A DNA stretch of 64,000 nucleotides from Macrostomum lignano. Lineage: Eukaryota. Made by a program: the position numbers and the translations under genes. The notes under the pieces were generated by a model. It ran no database searches. It was not told the DNA's origin and was given only the letters and a program-made list of their open reading frames with translations. This document shows positions 1-14,417 of this stretch, piece after piece. The DNA lies in contig NIVC01001063.1 of assembly GCA_002269645.1 (NCBI GenBank), forward strand, positions 62,001 to 126,000, given 5' to 3'. How positions within the stretch are numbered: the first letter of the stretch is position 1; each line of letters starts with the position of its first letter.

Positions 1-292
1 CTGACGCACTGCACTTTAACCGACATTGTCACACAACCGGCGAGAGGCATTACTGCCCATTCCACCGACTGCCCTGAGCAGGCACACAAGCGCGCGGATA
101 CGTACGCAGTCATACGCACAGGCACACACTCACACAGGAGTGCACAGCGGCCCTAACTTTATTTATCGTTAGGCATGTACACTTCACTGCGCCTGGGGGG
201 GTTGGCTCTCAAGGGCATTAATTGCACAAGCAGAGCCAAGCCGAGATTCCAATTCAGCCCCATATTACTGTGACTGCACTTGGAATCGAGCC
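1..292 (-). mobile_element. Partial copy of a tRNA-derived SINE family (second copy at 13608-13958)
   Basis: Reverse complement aligns by eye with 13650-13920, e.g. GGCTCGATTCCAAGTGCAG, TTGAGAGCCAACCCC and GGGCAGTAATGCCTCTCGCCGGTTGTGTG. The 3' end runs off the window edge. Confidence 0.8.
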
Positions 293-760
293 GCAAGCAC
301 ATGAGCCGGGGTGCAATTTCCCGAGATATACAGGTAACTGCTAGGGCTTAACGAAACAAATTTGAGTTGAGTTTGTACAAGCTAATTTGACAATTTAAAA
401 ATTACCTGAAAAAGCGCAGCGCTGCAAACCAAGAGAAGCAGCAGAATTGCAGCAGTTGTTTTTGTCATTTTTTATGTATAATTTCTATGAATTTGAGCAG
501 TCTGGTTGCTAGGCCGGGCAATTTATTTCCTGTTGTATTTATCAGCATTTTGGCAGCATTTTTCCTCCCCAACTGGGCGGAATTCGATCATTTTCCGGAT
601 CAAACGGGAAAGGCAAACAACTCAGCGTCAGCCGGTGACTGACAGGGGCAGCAAAAAAACTTTTTGTTTTAATTGGGTTTTGAGCAGCCGCGGTTAAATA
701 TTTTAAACATGCCTGATGCTGTTGGCGTATGCGGATCCACGACTTCAGTGAGTCGAAGAA

Positions 761-1428
761 CAGCCTAGCTGTAGTACAGAATGGTCTGCCAAGCTGTCAC
801 AGGGAGTGCCGGCAATGACAGCCTAGCTGTAGTACAGAATGGTCTACCAAGCTCTCACAGTGAGTGCCGGCAATGACAGCCTAGCTGTAGTACAGAATGG
901 TCTACCAAGCTGTCACAGGGAGTGCCGGCAATGACAGCCTAGCTGTAGTACAGAATGGTCTGCCAAGCTGTCACAGGGAGTGCCGGCAATGACAGCCTAG
1001 CTGTAGTACAGAATGGTCTACCAAGCTGTCACAGGGAGTGCCGGCAATGACAGCCTAGCTGTAGTACAGAATGGTCTGCCAAGCTGTCACAGGGAGTGCC
1101 GGCAATGACAGCCTAGCTGTAGTACAGAATGGTCTGCCAAGCTGTCACAGGGAGTGCCGGCAATGACAGCCTAGCTGTAGTACAGAATGGTCTGCCAAGC
1201 TGTCACAGGGAGTGCCGGCAATGACAGCCTAGCTGTAGTACAGAATGGTCTGCCACAGTGAGTGCCGGCAATGACAGCCTAGCTGTAGTACAGAATGGTC
1301 TGCCACAGTGAGTGCCGGCAATGGCAGCCTAGCTGTAGTACAGAATGGTCTGCCACAGTGAGTGCCGGCAATGGCAGCCTAGCTGTAGTACAGAATGGTC
1401 TGCCAAGCTCTCACAGTGAGTGCCGGCA
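761..1428. repeat. 58-bp (some 50-bp) minisatellite, about 12 copies, built from the last codons and stop of the GT31 gene
   Basis: Unit CAGCCTAGCTGTAGTACAGAATGGTCTGCCAAGCTGTCACAGGGAGTGCCGGCAATGA starts at 761, 819, 877 and onward. The last copy is the true CDS end. Confidence 0.95.
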
Positions 1429-4400
1429 CGGGCTCGCTGTCGAACTCATTGAACACGACAGCCTGGGTGAGCTGCAACCCGGTCAGACTGGGATTTAGGT
1501 AGCTGAAGTCCCAGCCGGGCGCCCAGTGCAGCAGGGCGGCTCCCAAGCACTCGTGCGCCACCGCCCCAGTCACGAAAATGTCGTCAATCCAGAAGTAATT
1601 GCGCCACTGCGCGCACAGGTGAAGGGGGCCCAGCAGATCTGCTGAGAACAGGTAGGCCAGGCCTTTGCAGTGCAGCGGGTACTCCTGCACCGGCCACTCG
1701 GACGGGCTGACGAACCACTTGTACTGCGGATCGGACATCCGGGTCTCCTGCTTGGCCGTCATGCAGTAGAAGAAGTTGCGGGTCTCCAACAGCCGGTCCG
1801 AGATGTACTCCACCAGGCGGAATGTGTTCACCAGCACGTCATCGTCCGTCTGGAGGCGGGGTGAGGTTGGCTGGGAAGTGAGGTGGAGAGTAAGGTAGGG
1901 AGTTAGATGGGGAGTAAGGTGAGGAGTGAGGTGGGAAGTGAGGTGGGAAGTGAGGTGGAGAGTAAGGTAGGGAGTGAGGTGGGGAGTGAGGTGGGGAGTA
2001 AGGTGGGGAGTGAGATGGGGAGTAAGGTGAGGAGTGAGGTGGGGAGTAAGGTGGGGAGTGAGGTGGGGAGTGAGGTGGGGAGTGAGGTGGGGAGTGAGGT
2101 GGGGAGTAAGGTGAGGAGTGAGGTGGGAAGTGAGGTGGGAAGTGAGGTGGAGAGTAAGGTAGGGAGTTAGATGGGGAGTAAGGTGAGGAGTGAGGTGGGA
2201 AGTGAGGTGGGAAGTGAGGTGGAGAGTAAGGTAGGGAGTTACATGGGGAGTAAGGTGAGGAGTGAGGTGGGAAGTGAGGTGGGAAGTGAGGTGGGGAGTG
2301 AGGTGGGGAGTGAGGTGGGGAGTGAGGTGGGGAGTGAGGTGAGGAGTGAGGTGGGGAGTGAGGTGGGGAGTAAGGTGGGGAGTAAGGTGGGGAGTGAGGT
2401 GGGGAGTGAGGTGGGGAGTGAGGTGGGGAGTGAGGTGGGGAGTAAGGTAGGGAGTTAGATGGGGAGTAAGGTGAGGAGTGAGGTGGGAAGTGAGGTGGGA
2501 AGTGAGGTGGAGAGTAAGGTAGTGAGTGAGGTGGGGAGTGAGGTGGGGAGTGAGGTGGGAAGTGAGGTGGAGAGTAAGGTAGGGAGTTAGATGGGGAGTA
2601 AGGTGAGGAGTGAGGTGGGAAGTGAGGTGGGAAGTGAGGTGGAGAGTAAGGTAGGGAGTTACATGGGGAGTAAGGTGAGGAGTGAGGTGGGAAGTGAGGT
2701 GGGAAGTGAGGTGGGGAGTGAGGTGGGGAGTGAGGTGGGGAGTGAGGTGGGGAGTGAGGTGAGGAGTGAGGTGGGGAGTGAGGTGGGAGTAAGGTGGGGA
2801 GTAAGGTGGGGAGTGAGGTGGGGAGTGAGGTGGGGAGTGAGGTGGGGAGTGAGGTGGGGAGTAAGGTAGGGAGTTAGATGGGGAGTAAGGTGAGGAGTGA
2901 GGTGGGAAGTGAGGTGGGAAGTGAGGTGGAGAGTAAGGTAGTGAGTGAGGTGGGGAGTGAGGTGGGGAGTGAGGTGGGGAATTACCTTGAGCACAAACCG
3001 AACTCCTGAGCAGTGCTCCAATGCCCATCGAATCCCATACAGGTTCTTGTAAGTCAGATTGCGGTAATGATCCCTAAAATTCGCCACCACCAAATCGCCG
3101 AACTCTTCGCTCTCCTTGTTGAGTCGTCGATTTTCGTCCTGATCGGCGGACCGGCCGACCACGAAGACGGTGGCCAAGCGGCGGCCGCCGATGTTGCTGA
3201 TGGAGGCCCAGGTGCGCCGGATCAGGTGGCGCTTGGCGGCGTTGCCGACCGCCGAGTGGACGATGGCCACCAGGAACAGTCGGCCGCGACACGCGGGCGC
3301 CGCCGCAAACGGCTCTGGCGTGTGGTCGGTCGGGCGGCCGCTGGTCGGGCTGAAGCCGCGCCTCCAGCAGCGGGAGCGAAACGCCTCCACTGGCGACGGA
3401 CTTCCGGCTCGTGCTGCTGCATCTCTAGCTGGTGCTGCTGCATCTCTAGCTGATGCTGCTGCATCTCTAGCTGGTGCTGCTGCATCTCTAGCTGGTGCTG
3501 CTGCATCTCTAGCTGGTGCTGCTGCATCTCTAGCTGGTGCTGCTGCATCTCTAGCTGGTGCTGCTGCATCTCTAGCTGATGCTGCTGCATCTCTAGCTGG
3601 TGCTGCTGCATCTCTAGCTGGTGCTGCTGCTGCATCTCTAGCTGGTGCTGCTGCATCTCTAGCTGGTGCTGCTGCATCTCTAGCTGCTGCTGCTGCTGCA
3701 TCTCTAGCTGGTGCTGCTGCATCTCTAGCTGGTGCTGCTGCTGCATCTCTAGCTGGTGCTGCTGCATCTCTAGCTGGTGCTGCTGCTGCTGCATCTCTAG
3801 CTGGTGCTGCTGCATCTCTAGCTGGTGCTGCTGCATCTCTAGCTGGTGCTGCTGCATCTCTAGCTGGTGCTGCTGCATCTCTAGCTGATGCTGCTGCATC
3901 TCTAGCTGGTGCTGCTGCATCTCTAGCTGGTGCTGCTGCATCTCTAGCTGCTGCTGCTGCTGCTGCATCTCTAGCTGGTGCTGCTGCTGCATCTCTAGCT
4001 GATGCTGCTGCTGCTGCATCTCTAGCTGGTGCTGCTGCTGCTGCATCTCTAGCTGGTGCTGCTGCTGCATCTCTAGCTGGTGCTGCTGCTGCATCTCTAG
4101 CTGATGCTGCTGCTGCTGCATCTCTAGCTGGTGCTGCTGCATCTCTAGCTGGTGCTGCTGCATCTCTAGCTGGTGCTGCTGCATCTCTAGCTGGTGCTGC
4201 TGCATCTCTAGCTGGTGCTGCTGCTGCTGCATCTCTAGCTGGTGCTGCTGCATCTCTAGCTGGTGCTGCTGCATCTCTAGCTGGTGCTGCTGCTGCTGCA
4301 TCTCTAGCTGGTGCTGCTGCTGCTGCATCTCTAGCTGGTGCTGCTGCTGCTGCTCGAATTCCTGGAAAAGCTCCACCGCAGTTCCTTCCAGTTTTATTCG

Positions 4401-4509
4401 GCGGAAGAACTTCAGCTGACGCAGCCAACATTGAAGCTGCCCTGCAGGGGACACGGAAGGCCAGCAGCAGCAGCAGCAGCATCGAGGACACAGCTGAGGA
4501 CTCAGTCAT
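1379..4509 (-). CDS. GT31-family beta-1,3-galactosyltransferase-like glycosyltransferase; join(4509..2986,1849..1379)
   Basis: Motifs [29 protein letters not shown]|TDDDV (DxD), [13 protein letters not shown] and WIDDIFVTG. Phase-0 intron AAG|GTAAT...CTCCAG|ACG. N-terminal hydrophobic LLLLLLAF anchor. Start codon is uncertain. Confidence 0.88.
1860..2980. repeat. 12-bp G-rich minisatellite (GAGGTGGGGAGT) filling the GT31 intron
   Basis: Tandem GAGGTGGGGAGT/GAGGTGGGAAGT units with higher-order blocks, lying between donor 2985 and acceptor 1850. Confidence 0.95.
3413..4353 (-). repeat. Coding minisatellite (21 bp plus variable triplets) encoding (ARDAAAP)n in the GT31 stem region
   Basis: Units differ only by whole triplets. 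The ORF reads through from the TM segment into the catalytic domain. Confidence 0.85.
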
Positions 4510-4782
4510 GTTCCGAAGAATATCCAACTTGTCAATAATAATAAACCTACATATACTCAACTGTTTCATACAGTTGTCAGTCACGGGTTTTATATTAGTC
4601 AATGCGCCTGCTTGAGCATCTTGAGCGTCTTGTGTTCCGTCTGTTTGGAGGTGAAGGCTCTACCCATGTACGCAAGGACTCGAGAGCGGACTGGGTGTAC
4701 AGCACAATACCGTAGGCGCAATTCTGTTTGCTCTGTCACTCAGTACCGCCACTGCATTGAGTCCCCACGTCTCAGTCTAAGC

Positions 4783-5645
4783 CAGGGGTCGGAAAACTCC
4801 GGCCCGTGAAGCCCTCTGTCTGGCCCTCGGGTGTTCAACAGAATCTTCACAATAGCATTCCGGCCCGTTCAAGCTTTTATGCCTCTACTCGGCTCTCTTC
4901 TCTTCTCTTTCCTCCCTTCTCTCTCCTCTCTTCTCTCTCCACTCTTCTCTCTCCTCTCCTCTCTCTCCTCTCTTCTTTCTCCTCTCTCCACTCTTCTCTC
5001 TCCTCTATTATCTCTCCTCTCTTCTCTCTCCACTCTTTTCTCTCCTCTCTTCTCTCTCCACTCTTCTCTCTCCTCTCTTCTCTCTCCACTCTTCTCTCTC
5101 CTCTCTTCTTTCTTCTCTCTCCACTCTTCTCTCTCCTCTCTTCTTTCTCCTCTCTTCTCTCTCCTCTCTCCACTCTTCTCTCTCCTCTCTTCTCTCTCCT
5201 CTCTCCTCTCTTCTCTCTCCTCTCTTCTCTCTCCTCTCTTCTCTCTCCTCTATTATCTCTTTTCTCTCCTCTCTTCTCTCTCCACTCTTCTCTCTCCTCT
5301 ATTATCTCTTTTCTCTCCACTCTTCTCTTTCCTCCCTTCTCTCTCCTCTCTTCTCTCTCCACTCTTCTTTCTCCTCTCTTCTCTCTCCTCTCTTCTCTCT
5401 CCACTCTTCTCTCTCCTCTCTTCTCTCTCCACTCTTCTCTCTCCTCTCTTTCCTCTCCTTTTCTTTTCTCTCTTCCTTCTCTCCTTTTCTATCCCCTCGC
5501 ATTCTCTCCCATCTCATCTCCCCTCTCGCCTCCTCTACTACATCTCTCCTTATCCTGCTCCCTTACTCTCATCTGGCCCGCAGTCGTGAGAAGGATTAGC
5601 TTGCATTCATATAGCCCTTCGAGGTAAACTGTTTGCTGACATGGG
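4783..5645. mobile_element. hAT (Charlie-like) MITE with CT-rich microsatellite core, degenerate right end
   Basis: Left end CAGGGGTCGGAAAACTCCGGCCCG preceded by GTCTAAGC. It matches the reverse complement of the end of the 21693-22367 element. Right end is degenerate (TTTGCTGACATGG followed by GTCCAAGG). Confidence 0.6.
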
Positions 5646-5859
5646 TCCAAGGCGTGCCTCATTACCTTTGCGAGAATTAAAATTCACGCGCGCCGCTGCT
5701 GTAAGTAGCATCAGAAGAGTATTTTACTTGTTTTTTTGCGGAGTTTATTAGGAGAGGCAGAGGTAGAAATCAGGTAAAATTGAAAGTCTGTAGCTCGGCG
5801 AGAACACATCGGACTTCCAAACCGAATCTGCACCATTGAGCAGCACCTGCTCCAGACGA

Positions 5860-6220
5860 ATATCAGGAATTTCAATATTCATTTTCACACTGATAGCCAA
5901 AAGCCGCTATCAAGACTTTAACCACCGTTAAAATTTCCAGCTGCATCTCAATGTTACCGCAGTGTGCAATCTCTCAGTCCTTAACAGAATTAGAATCATC
6001 TGGACATCCGGTCACAGCAACATGCTGGGCAACGAACTCGCGGATTCTCTCACCAAGGACGGCAGCATCCCTAATGGCAACCACCGTCTGATGAGGCTAC
6101 CCATGCCTAGGTTGCAAATCACCCGCCATATCAACAGGTGTCAAAACCAGCAACACCAGCTTCACTGGAACAGCTGCACTGACTATACAGGCAGAAACGA
6201 TCTGGGATGTCTAACCTGAA
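5860..6220 (+). pseudogene. Relic RNase H domain of a non-LTR retrotransposon
   Basis: IRIIWTSGHSNMLGNELADSLTKDG matches the RNase HI C-terminal motif W(V)PGHxGxxGNExAD. No RT or ATG start nearby. Confidence 0.7.
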
Positions 6221-6365
6221 CAGGGAAGTTTCTGAATATCTGATCTGTGAACCGATCCCAGGGAGAGGTACATGGTTCTAACCGGCCATGGATTCTTTCA
6301 GAGACATATCTCGTTGCAAACCGGTTGCCCTCCCACCTTTCCTTTCTGTGGCATGGGAGAGGAGA

Positions 6366-6597
<232 letters not shown>

Positions 6598-7260
6598 CTC
6601 ATTCCATTTCACTGGACCACGGAGTTTTGGCGCGAGACTCAGACGCGTTGCCGCTCCGCTACTCAGCGCAATAAAAATGAGAGAGGGAGAGAATGGATGG
6701 GGAGAGAGGTAGGCAGAGTCGATGAGAAAGGAAAGAGATGGAGAGAAGGAGACAGGGAGACAGGAAGGGGCAGAGAAGGGAAGTGTGAGGGGAGAGATAA
6801 GATGAGAGAGAATGGTAGAGAGAAGATGAGAGAGAGGGGAGAGAGGAGAAAGGGGGAGCGGGAAGCAAGCGAAGCAGCCATAAGACAAGCGGCAGGAGGC
6901 TCAGCAGAAGCCGAGGTGGCAGCGGGAGAAAGGGGACACAGAGGAGGGCAGGCCGGGCCTGAGCGTGTCGCTGCAGATAAAAAGTTTGTTGGTTCATCGC
7001 ACGCGAACTGCGCAGAGCCGGGCCAGGGTAGGTGAGGCGCCCCCGGCCTCCGCGGCACTAAAATGTTTATTCCGGAATCCGATTTCGCCACATCCACCGG
7101 GCCCAACAGGCGGGGAGGCCCTCCGTGTCTCCGCCGCTCCCTCCCCACTGCGCCTTCTTCATCCGCAGTTTGGAGGCCCGCGCACTCCACTTGCCGCTTG
7201 TGTTTACACCCCGGGCCACTGGAGCGAGTTGAAGGCTGGGCATTGGCCCGGCCGCACCTA

Positions 7261-10057
<2,797 letters not shown>

Positions 10058-10600
10058 TTACATGTACAGTCTAGTAAACTCTAACACTGTTATTGTTATC
10101 CAATTTTGTTTTACTAGACTTACAATAATCGTTGTTTTCGAGCATTTTATTTTTGCGTTTCGTTGACTAAAGTTCTGTAGTTATTGAGACTGTCGTTATT
10201 CGGTTGGCAGGATGAAGCTCCGCCATTTTTTGTTTTACTACTCGCGTCTCACTCACGGAAGTTTTAAACACAGAAGCTACAGTTGCTATCTGTTTTAGCA
10301 TGCTTATTCCTGCACTCAAGATTTATTCGTTGAATTTATGCAGAACTGTTCAAGCTGAAACTGACTGCATGGTGAGCGCCACCGTTTTGCGCTCTGCTGG
10401 TTTCAGGTATTGCGGCTTTTTTCAATAACCGCTGCCTGCGTTTTCTTAACAAACTGCGCCGATCACGAATGAGCTGGCAAGCAGACATTTTGAGGCTTCT
10501 GCATTTGTTTTTCGGGGGACAGCAGCTCAGTGGGCCCCCGGTCCGCGACCACACTAATCTGGCCTGGACAATTAGAAAGCTCCGATATGCATCGAAAGTA

Positions 10601-11319
10601 TACCTTTTTGCAATCTAGTTTGCCAAAACTGCAATCAATTTTGCCCACGGAGAGAATTTACTTGTATATTTCAAATATCTTGGCTCAGCCTGCCCATTCA
10701 GTGCCATAGTTTGAACCATAGACAAATCCTTGAAACTGCATTCAATTTTGCCAAAACTGCGATCAAGTTTGCCCGAAACGAATTTATTTGAGAACGAATA
10801 ACTAAAACTAACAGGGAATGAGCTGACACACTGCATGCACAATTAATTCGATGATTACTTTGGACATAGCTACATATTCTCTCCACCATGGCATCGCTGA
10901 GTGACTTCCGTTTGGCACCTCCGCGAGGAAGAGGATCAATGCGACCACTTGCAATAAATCGCCCAACGATATAGGTCACGGTTCTTCGTGCGATGCCCAA
11001 AAGTCTACCGAAATCTTGCCAGTCCTCTCCGTTCTGAAATGCTTGAATTAAGCGCTGCCGGTCCTTCGTAGAAATCTTGTTATAAGATCCGCGCTGAGCC
11101 ATTCTTGCGCTTCTATGTTTGTCTGCGGTGCTTGCTTTTTACTATGGGCAAACTTGATCGCAGTTTTGGCAAAATTGAATGCAGTTTCAAGGATTTGTCT
11201 ATGGTTCAAACTATGGCAATGAATGGGCAGGTTAAGCCAAGATATTAGAAATATACAAGTAAATTCTCTTAGTGGGCAAAATTGATTGCGGTTTTGGCAA
11301 ACTAGATTGCAAAAAGGTA
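10601..11319 (-). mobile_element. Non-autonomous Tc1/IS630-type DNA transposon (internal deletion derivative)
   Basis: About 174-bp TIRs (10601-10774 and 11146-11319, TACCTTTTTGCAATCTAG...) flanked by TA. Interior encodes only the HTH N-terminus (MAQRGSYNKIST...LLGIARRTVTYIVGRF...PRGG). Confidence 0.88.
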
Positions 11320-12025
11320 TATTAATAATAATTGAAACGCAAGCACAAGCCAGCTGCTGCAGGTTCAGTGAAGAAATCGCGAAAGCAGAAGACGAAGCGC
11401 CGGCAAAAGTGCAGCCACCCCGCTGGGCAGGCCGGGGAGCTGGGAAATGTCAATCGGCATCAGCCCCAGAGCGGCATAAAATATGGCGGCGGGAGGGCAC
11501 AGTGGCTGCAAACCGTTGGCGAAGGCCGGCGCGGTGAATGAAATCCTGAATTCACCAGCCAGTCCCGCTATTGTTTGAAAATGCTAATAAAAGACAAGAT
11601 GAGTTCTGAATATGTTGATATCCGGATTTTGCGCCGCGGCGCAATGCTGATGGGAAAATTATCCCGCTGAAGTTGCTTTGAATTGAATGGCGGGGCCACC
11701 CGCGGCGGCTCTCCCAGCTGCACTGCAGGGGATTCGATGGGTTGGGGAAAATATTGAGTGGAGAGGAGGGCGAATGAGTGTAGAGGCACGCGCGATTCCG
11801 GGCAGCCTGGTTGGGATATTTTCTTTTCTGCCCCCCCCCCCTCCCCGACACCGGTGCGCTGAGGATTTCTGGGATGCACGAAGCTGACGATGAAGCTGCA
11901 TCCCAATGGCTTCCGTGGAGTTGCAGCTTCCGGTGCGAAACTGCAGCAGCTGAATAAGCCGCATTGGGGAGCGACAGTCCGCGCAGTGACAGCGGTGGGA
12001 ATTAAGGGGGCAGTTAGTTCACTTG

Positions 12026-12870
12026 AGTGACAGGATCATGGAGTGACAGGATCATGGAGTGACAGGATCATGGAGTGACAGGATCATGGAGTGACAGGAT
12101 CATGGAGTGACAGGATCATGGAGTGACAGGATCATGGAGTGACAGGATCATGGAGTGACAGGATCATGGAGTGACAGGATCATGGAGTGACAGGATCATG
12201 GAGTGACAGGATCATGGAGTGACAGGATCATGGAGTGCCAGGATCATGGAGTGACAGGATCATGGAGTGACAGGATCATGGAGTGACAGGATCATGGAGT
12301 GACAGGATCATGGAGTGACAGGATCATGGAGTGACAGGATCATGGAGTGACAGGATCATGGAGTGACAGGATCATGGAGTGACAGGATCATGGAGTGACA
12401 GGATCATGGAGTGACAGGATCATGGAGTGACAGGATCATGGAGTGACAGGATCATGGAGTGACAGGATCATGGAGTGACAGGATCATGGAGTGACAGGAT
12501 CATGGAGTGACAGGATCATGGAGTGACAGGATCATGGAGTGACAGGATCATGGAGTGACAGGATCATGGAGTGACAGGATCATGGAGTGACAGGATCATG
12601 GAGTGACAGGATCATGGAGTGACAGGATCATGGAGTGACAGGATCATGGAGCGACAGGATCCTGGAGTGACAGGATCATGGAGTGACAGGATCATGGAGT
12701 GACAGGATCATGGAGTGACAGGATCATGGAGTGACAGGATCATGGAGTGACAGGATCATAGAGTCACAACATCAGGGAGTGACAAGATCACGGTGTGACA
12801 GGATCATGGAGTGACAGGATCACAGAGTGACAGGATCACAGAGTGACAAAATCAGAGTGACGAGATCACA
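12026..12870. repeat. 16-bp minisatellite GACAGGATCATGGAGT
   Basis: About 50 near-identical copies, degenerating at the right end. Confidence 0.97.
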
Positions 12871-13065
12871 GAGAAAAGTACAGGAGCATGACAAATCTTA
12901 CACATTTAAATGCTGGTTAACTTGCATAGACTATGTTTTAAAATACCCACGCTACTCAAAGTAGTGCAATTAAACTTGGGGCAATTTTTTCTGAATTTCG
13001 ATGATCGGCAAATACAATCTATAATCTGCAATCATTTAGCTACTCAGCTTTTCTAATGTGTGTTC

Positions 13066-13250
13066 AGGTAATTACCCAGCCTCTCTAATCTGTGGTCAGG
13101 TAATTATCCAGCCTCTCTAATCTGTGGTCAGGTAATTATCCAGCCTCTCTAATCTGTGGTCAGGTAATTATCCAGCCTCTCTAATCTGTGGTCAGGTAAT
13201 TATCCAGCCTCTCTAATCTGTGGTCAGGTAATTATCCAGCCTCTCTAATC
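13066..13250. repeat. 32-bp tandem repeat, about 6 copies
   Basis: CAGGTAATTATCCAGCCTCTCTAATCTGTGGT. Confidence 0.92.
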
Positions 13251-13607
13251 TATGATCTATTCTTCACCTCGTGTGAACCAAGGGTAACCTGAGCACTAAC
13301 ATGGCTTTTTGATTGTGTTTGTCTCAGGGTCTCCTACCTAACTATGTATAAGCTAGGATACCGGCACAATATATCAATTGTAGCATTAACTAAATCGGCA
13401 TTAGTTATTAGTTATACTATAGTGCTTCGGACTAGAATGCGGATGTATAGTTGAAATTCTTGGACTCAGAGAATTTATGAAATTTCAAGGTTCATTGGGA
13501 GAATTACTGCTATTCTGTGGCTCATTGGGGTTGCTCAGATGCTTTAAGCCAAAGCTCATAGCGGATCTGATTGATATCTTAAATAAGAAACTAACAATGG
13601 TGACTAA

Positions 13608-13958
13608 GGGGGCCGTAGCCCAGCGGTAGCGCAGCTGCTCTGGTGTGCCAGCGACCCAGGCTCGATTCCAAGTGCAGCCACAGTGAATTGGAATTTCGGC
13701 TTGGCTCGCTTGTGCAATTAACGGCCTTGAGAGCCAACCCCACAAGGCGCAGTGAAGTGTACATGCCTAACAATTGATAAAGTTAGGGCCGCTGTGCACT
13801 CCTGTGTGAGTGTGTGCCTGCGTAACGTATCCGCGCGCTTGTATGCCTGCTCAGGGGAGTCGGCGGAATGGGCAGTAATGCCTCTCGCCGGTTGTGTGCC
13901 TATGTCGCCTAAAGTGCGCCAGGGTGCACACAACCCCCTGGCTCTAATAAAAAAAAAA
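13608..13958 (+). mobile_element. Full-length tRNA-derived SINE with poly(A) tail and 13-bp TSD
   Basis: tRNA-like head GGGGGCCGTAGCCCAGCGGTAG with A box TAGCCCAGCGG and B box GGCTCGATTCC. AATAAAAAAAAAA tail. TSD AACAATGGTGACT at 13593-13605 and 13957-13969. Confidence 0.9.
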
Positions 13959-14417
13959 CAATGGTGACTGGATACAAGGTGAAAATCTACGGGGGGCACA
14001 GATTTGTAGAATTTTACGATTTTATTTTTTTTCTTTTGGCAACCGCCCGCTGTACGTCACGCCTAAATGGATATTCCCGGTAATAAAGGGCACTGTGCGG
14101 TGCATTTCTCAGCCCTAATGACTGAGTCCGCTTGCAAAAACGCTTTAAGCCTGAGCGCATATTGCAGCAAGCACTGATCTGAGGAACAATGGACCCCCAC
14201 CCAGATGGCGCAAAAATACTTGCAGCCCAGCACAGACGAATGTATTCTTGGCTGACTCTATGCGGGGGGGGTGTAGCCCCGGACAATAACAGCTGCATTG
14301 CGGAGCAGCGGGGAGCAGTTAATTATGAATATAAATTACCCAGTCTGCGCTAAACTGCATAAAATATTGCTAGCCTTATACCAGCCTCCACCCCTCTACA
14401 AAATCCGCCGGTGCCAA

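Noticed and set aside
3222-4454. PolyQ-like (HQLEMQQ)n protein and antisense (AAASLAG)n protein
   Set aside because: Alternative frames of the GT31 stem repeat; they do not connect to any recognisable domain.
4806-5627. Leu/Ser-rich and Glu/Arg-rich long ORFs
   Set aside because: Translations of a CT microsatellite inside a MITE.
11286-11964. Short overlapping ORFs, including a basic NLS-like 69-aa ORF
   Set aside because: No motifs, splice context or codon bias to support coding.
13608-13682. tRNA gene
   Set aside because: The A/B boxes are present, but the cloverleaf is degenerate and it continues into a SINE body with poly(A) and a TSD.
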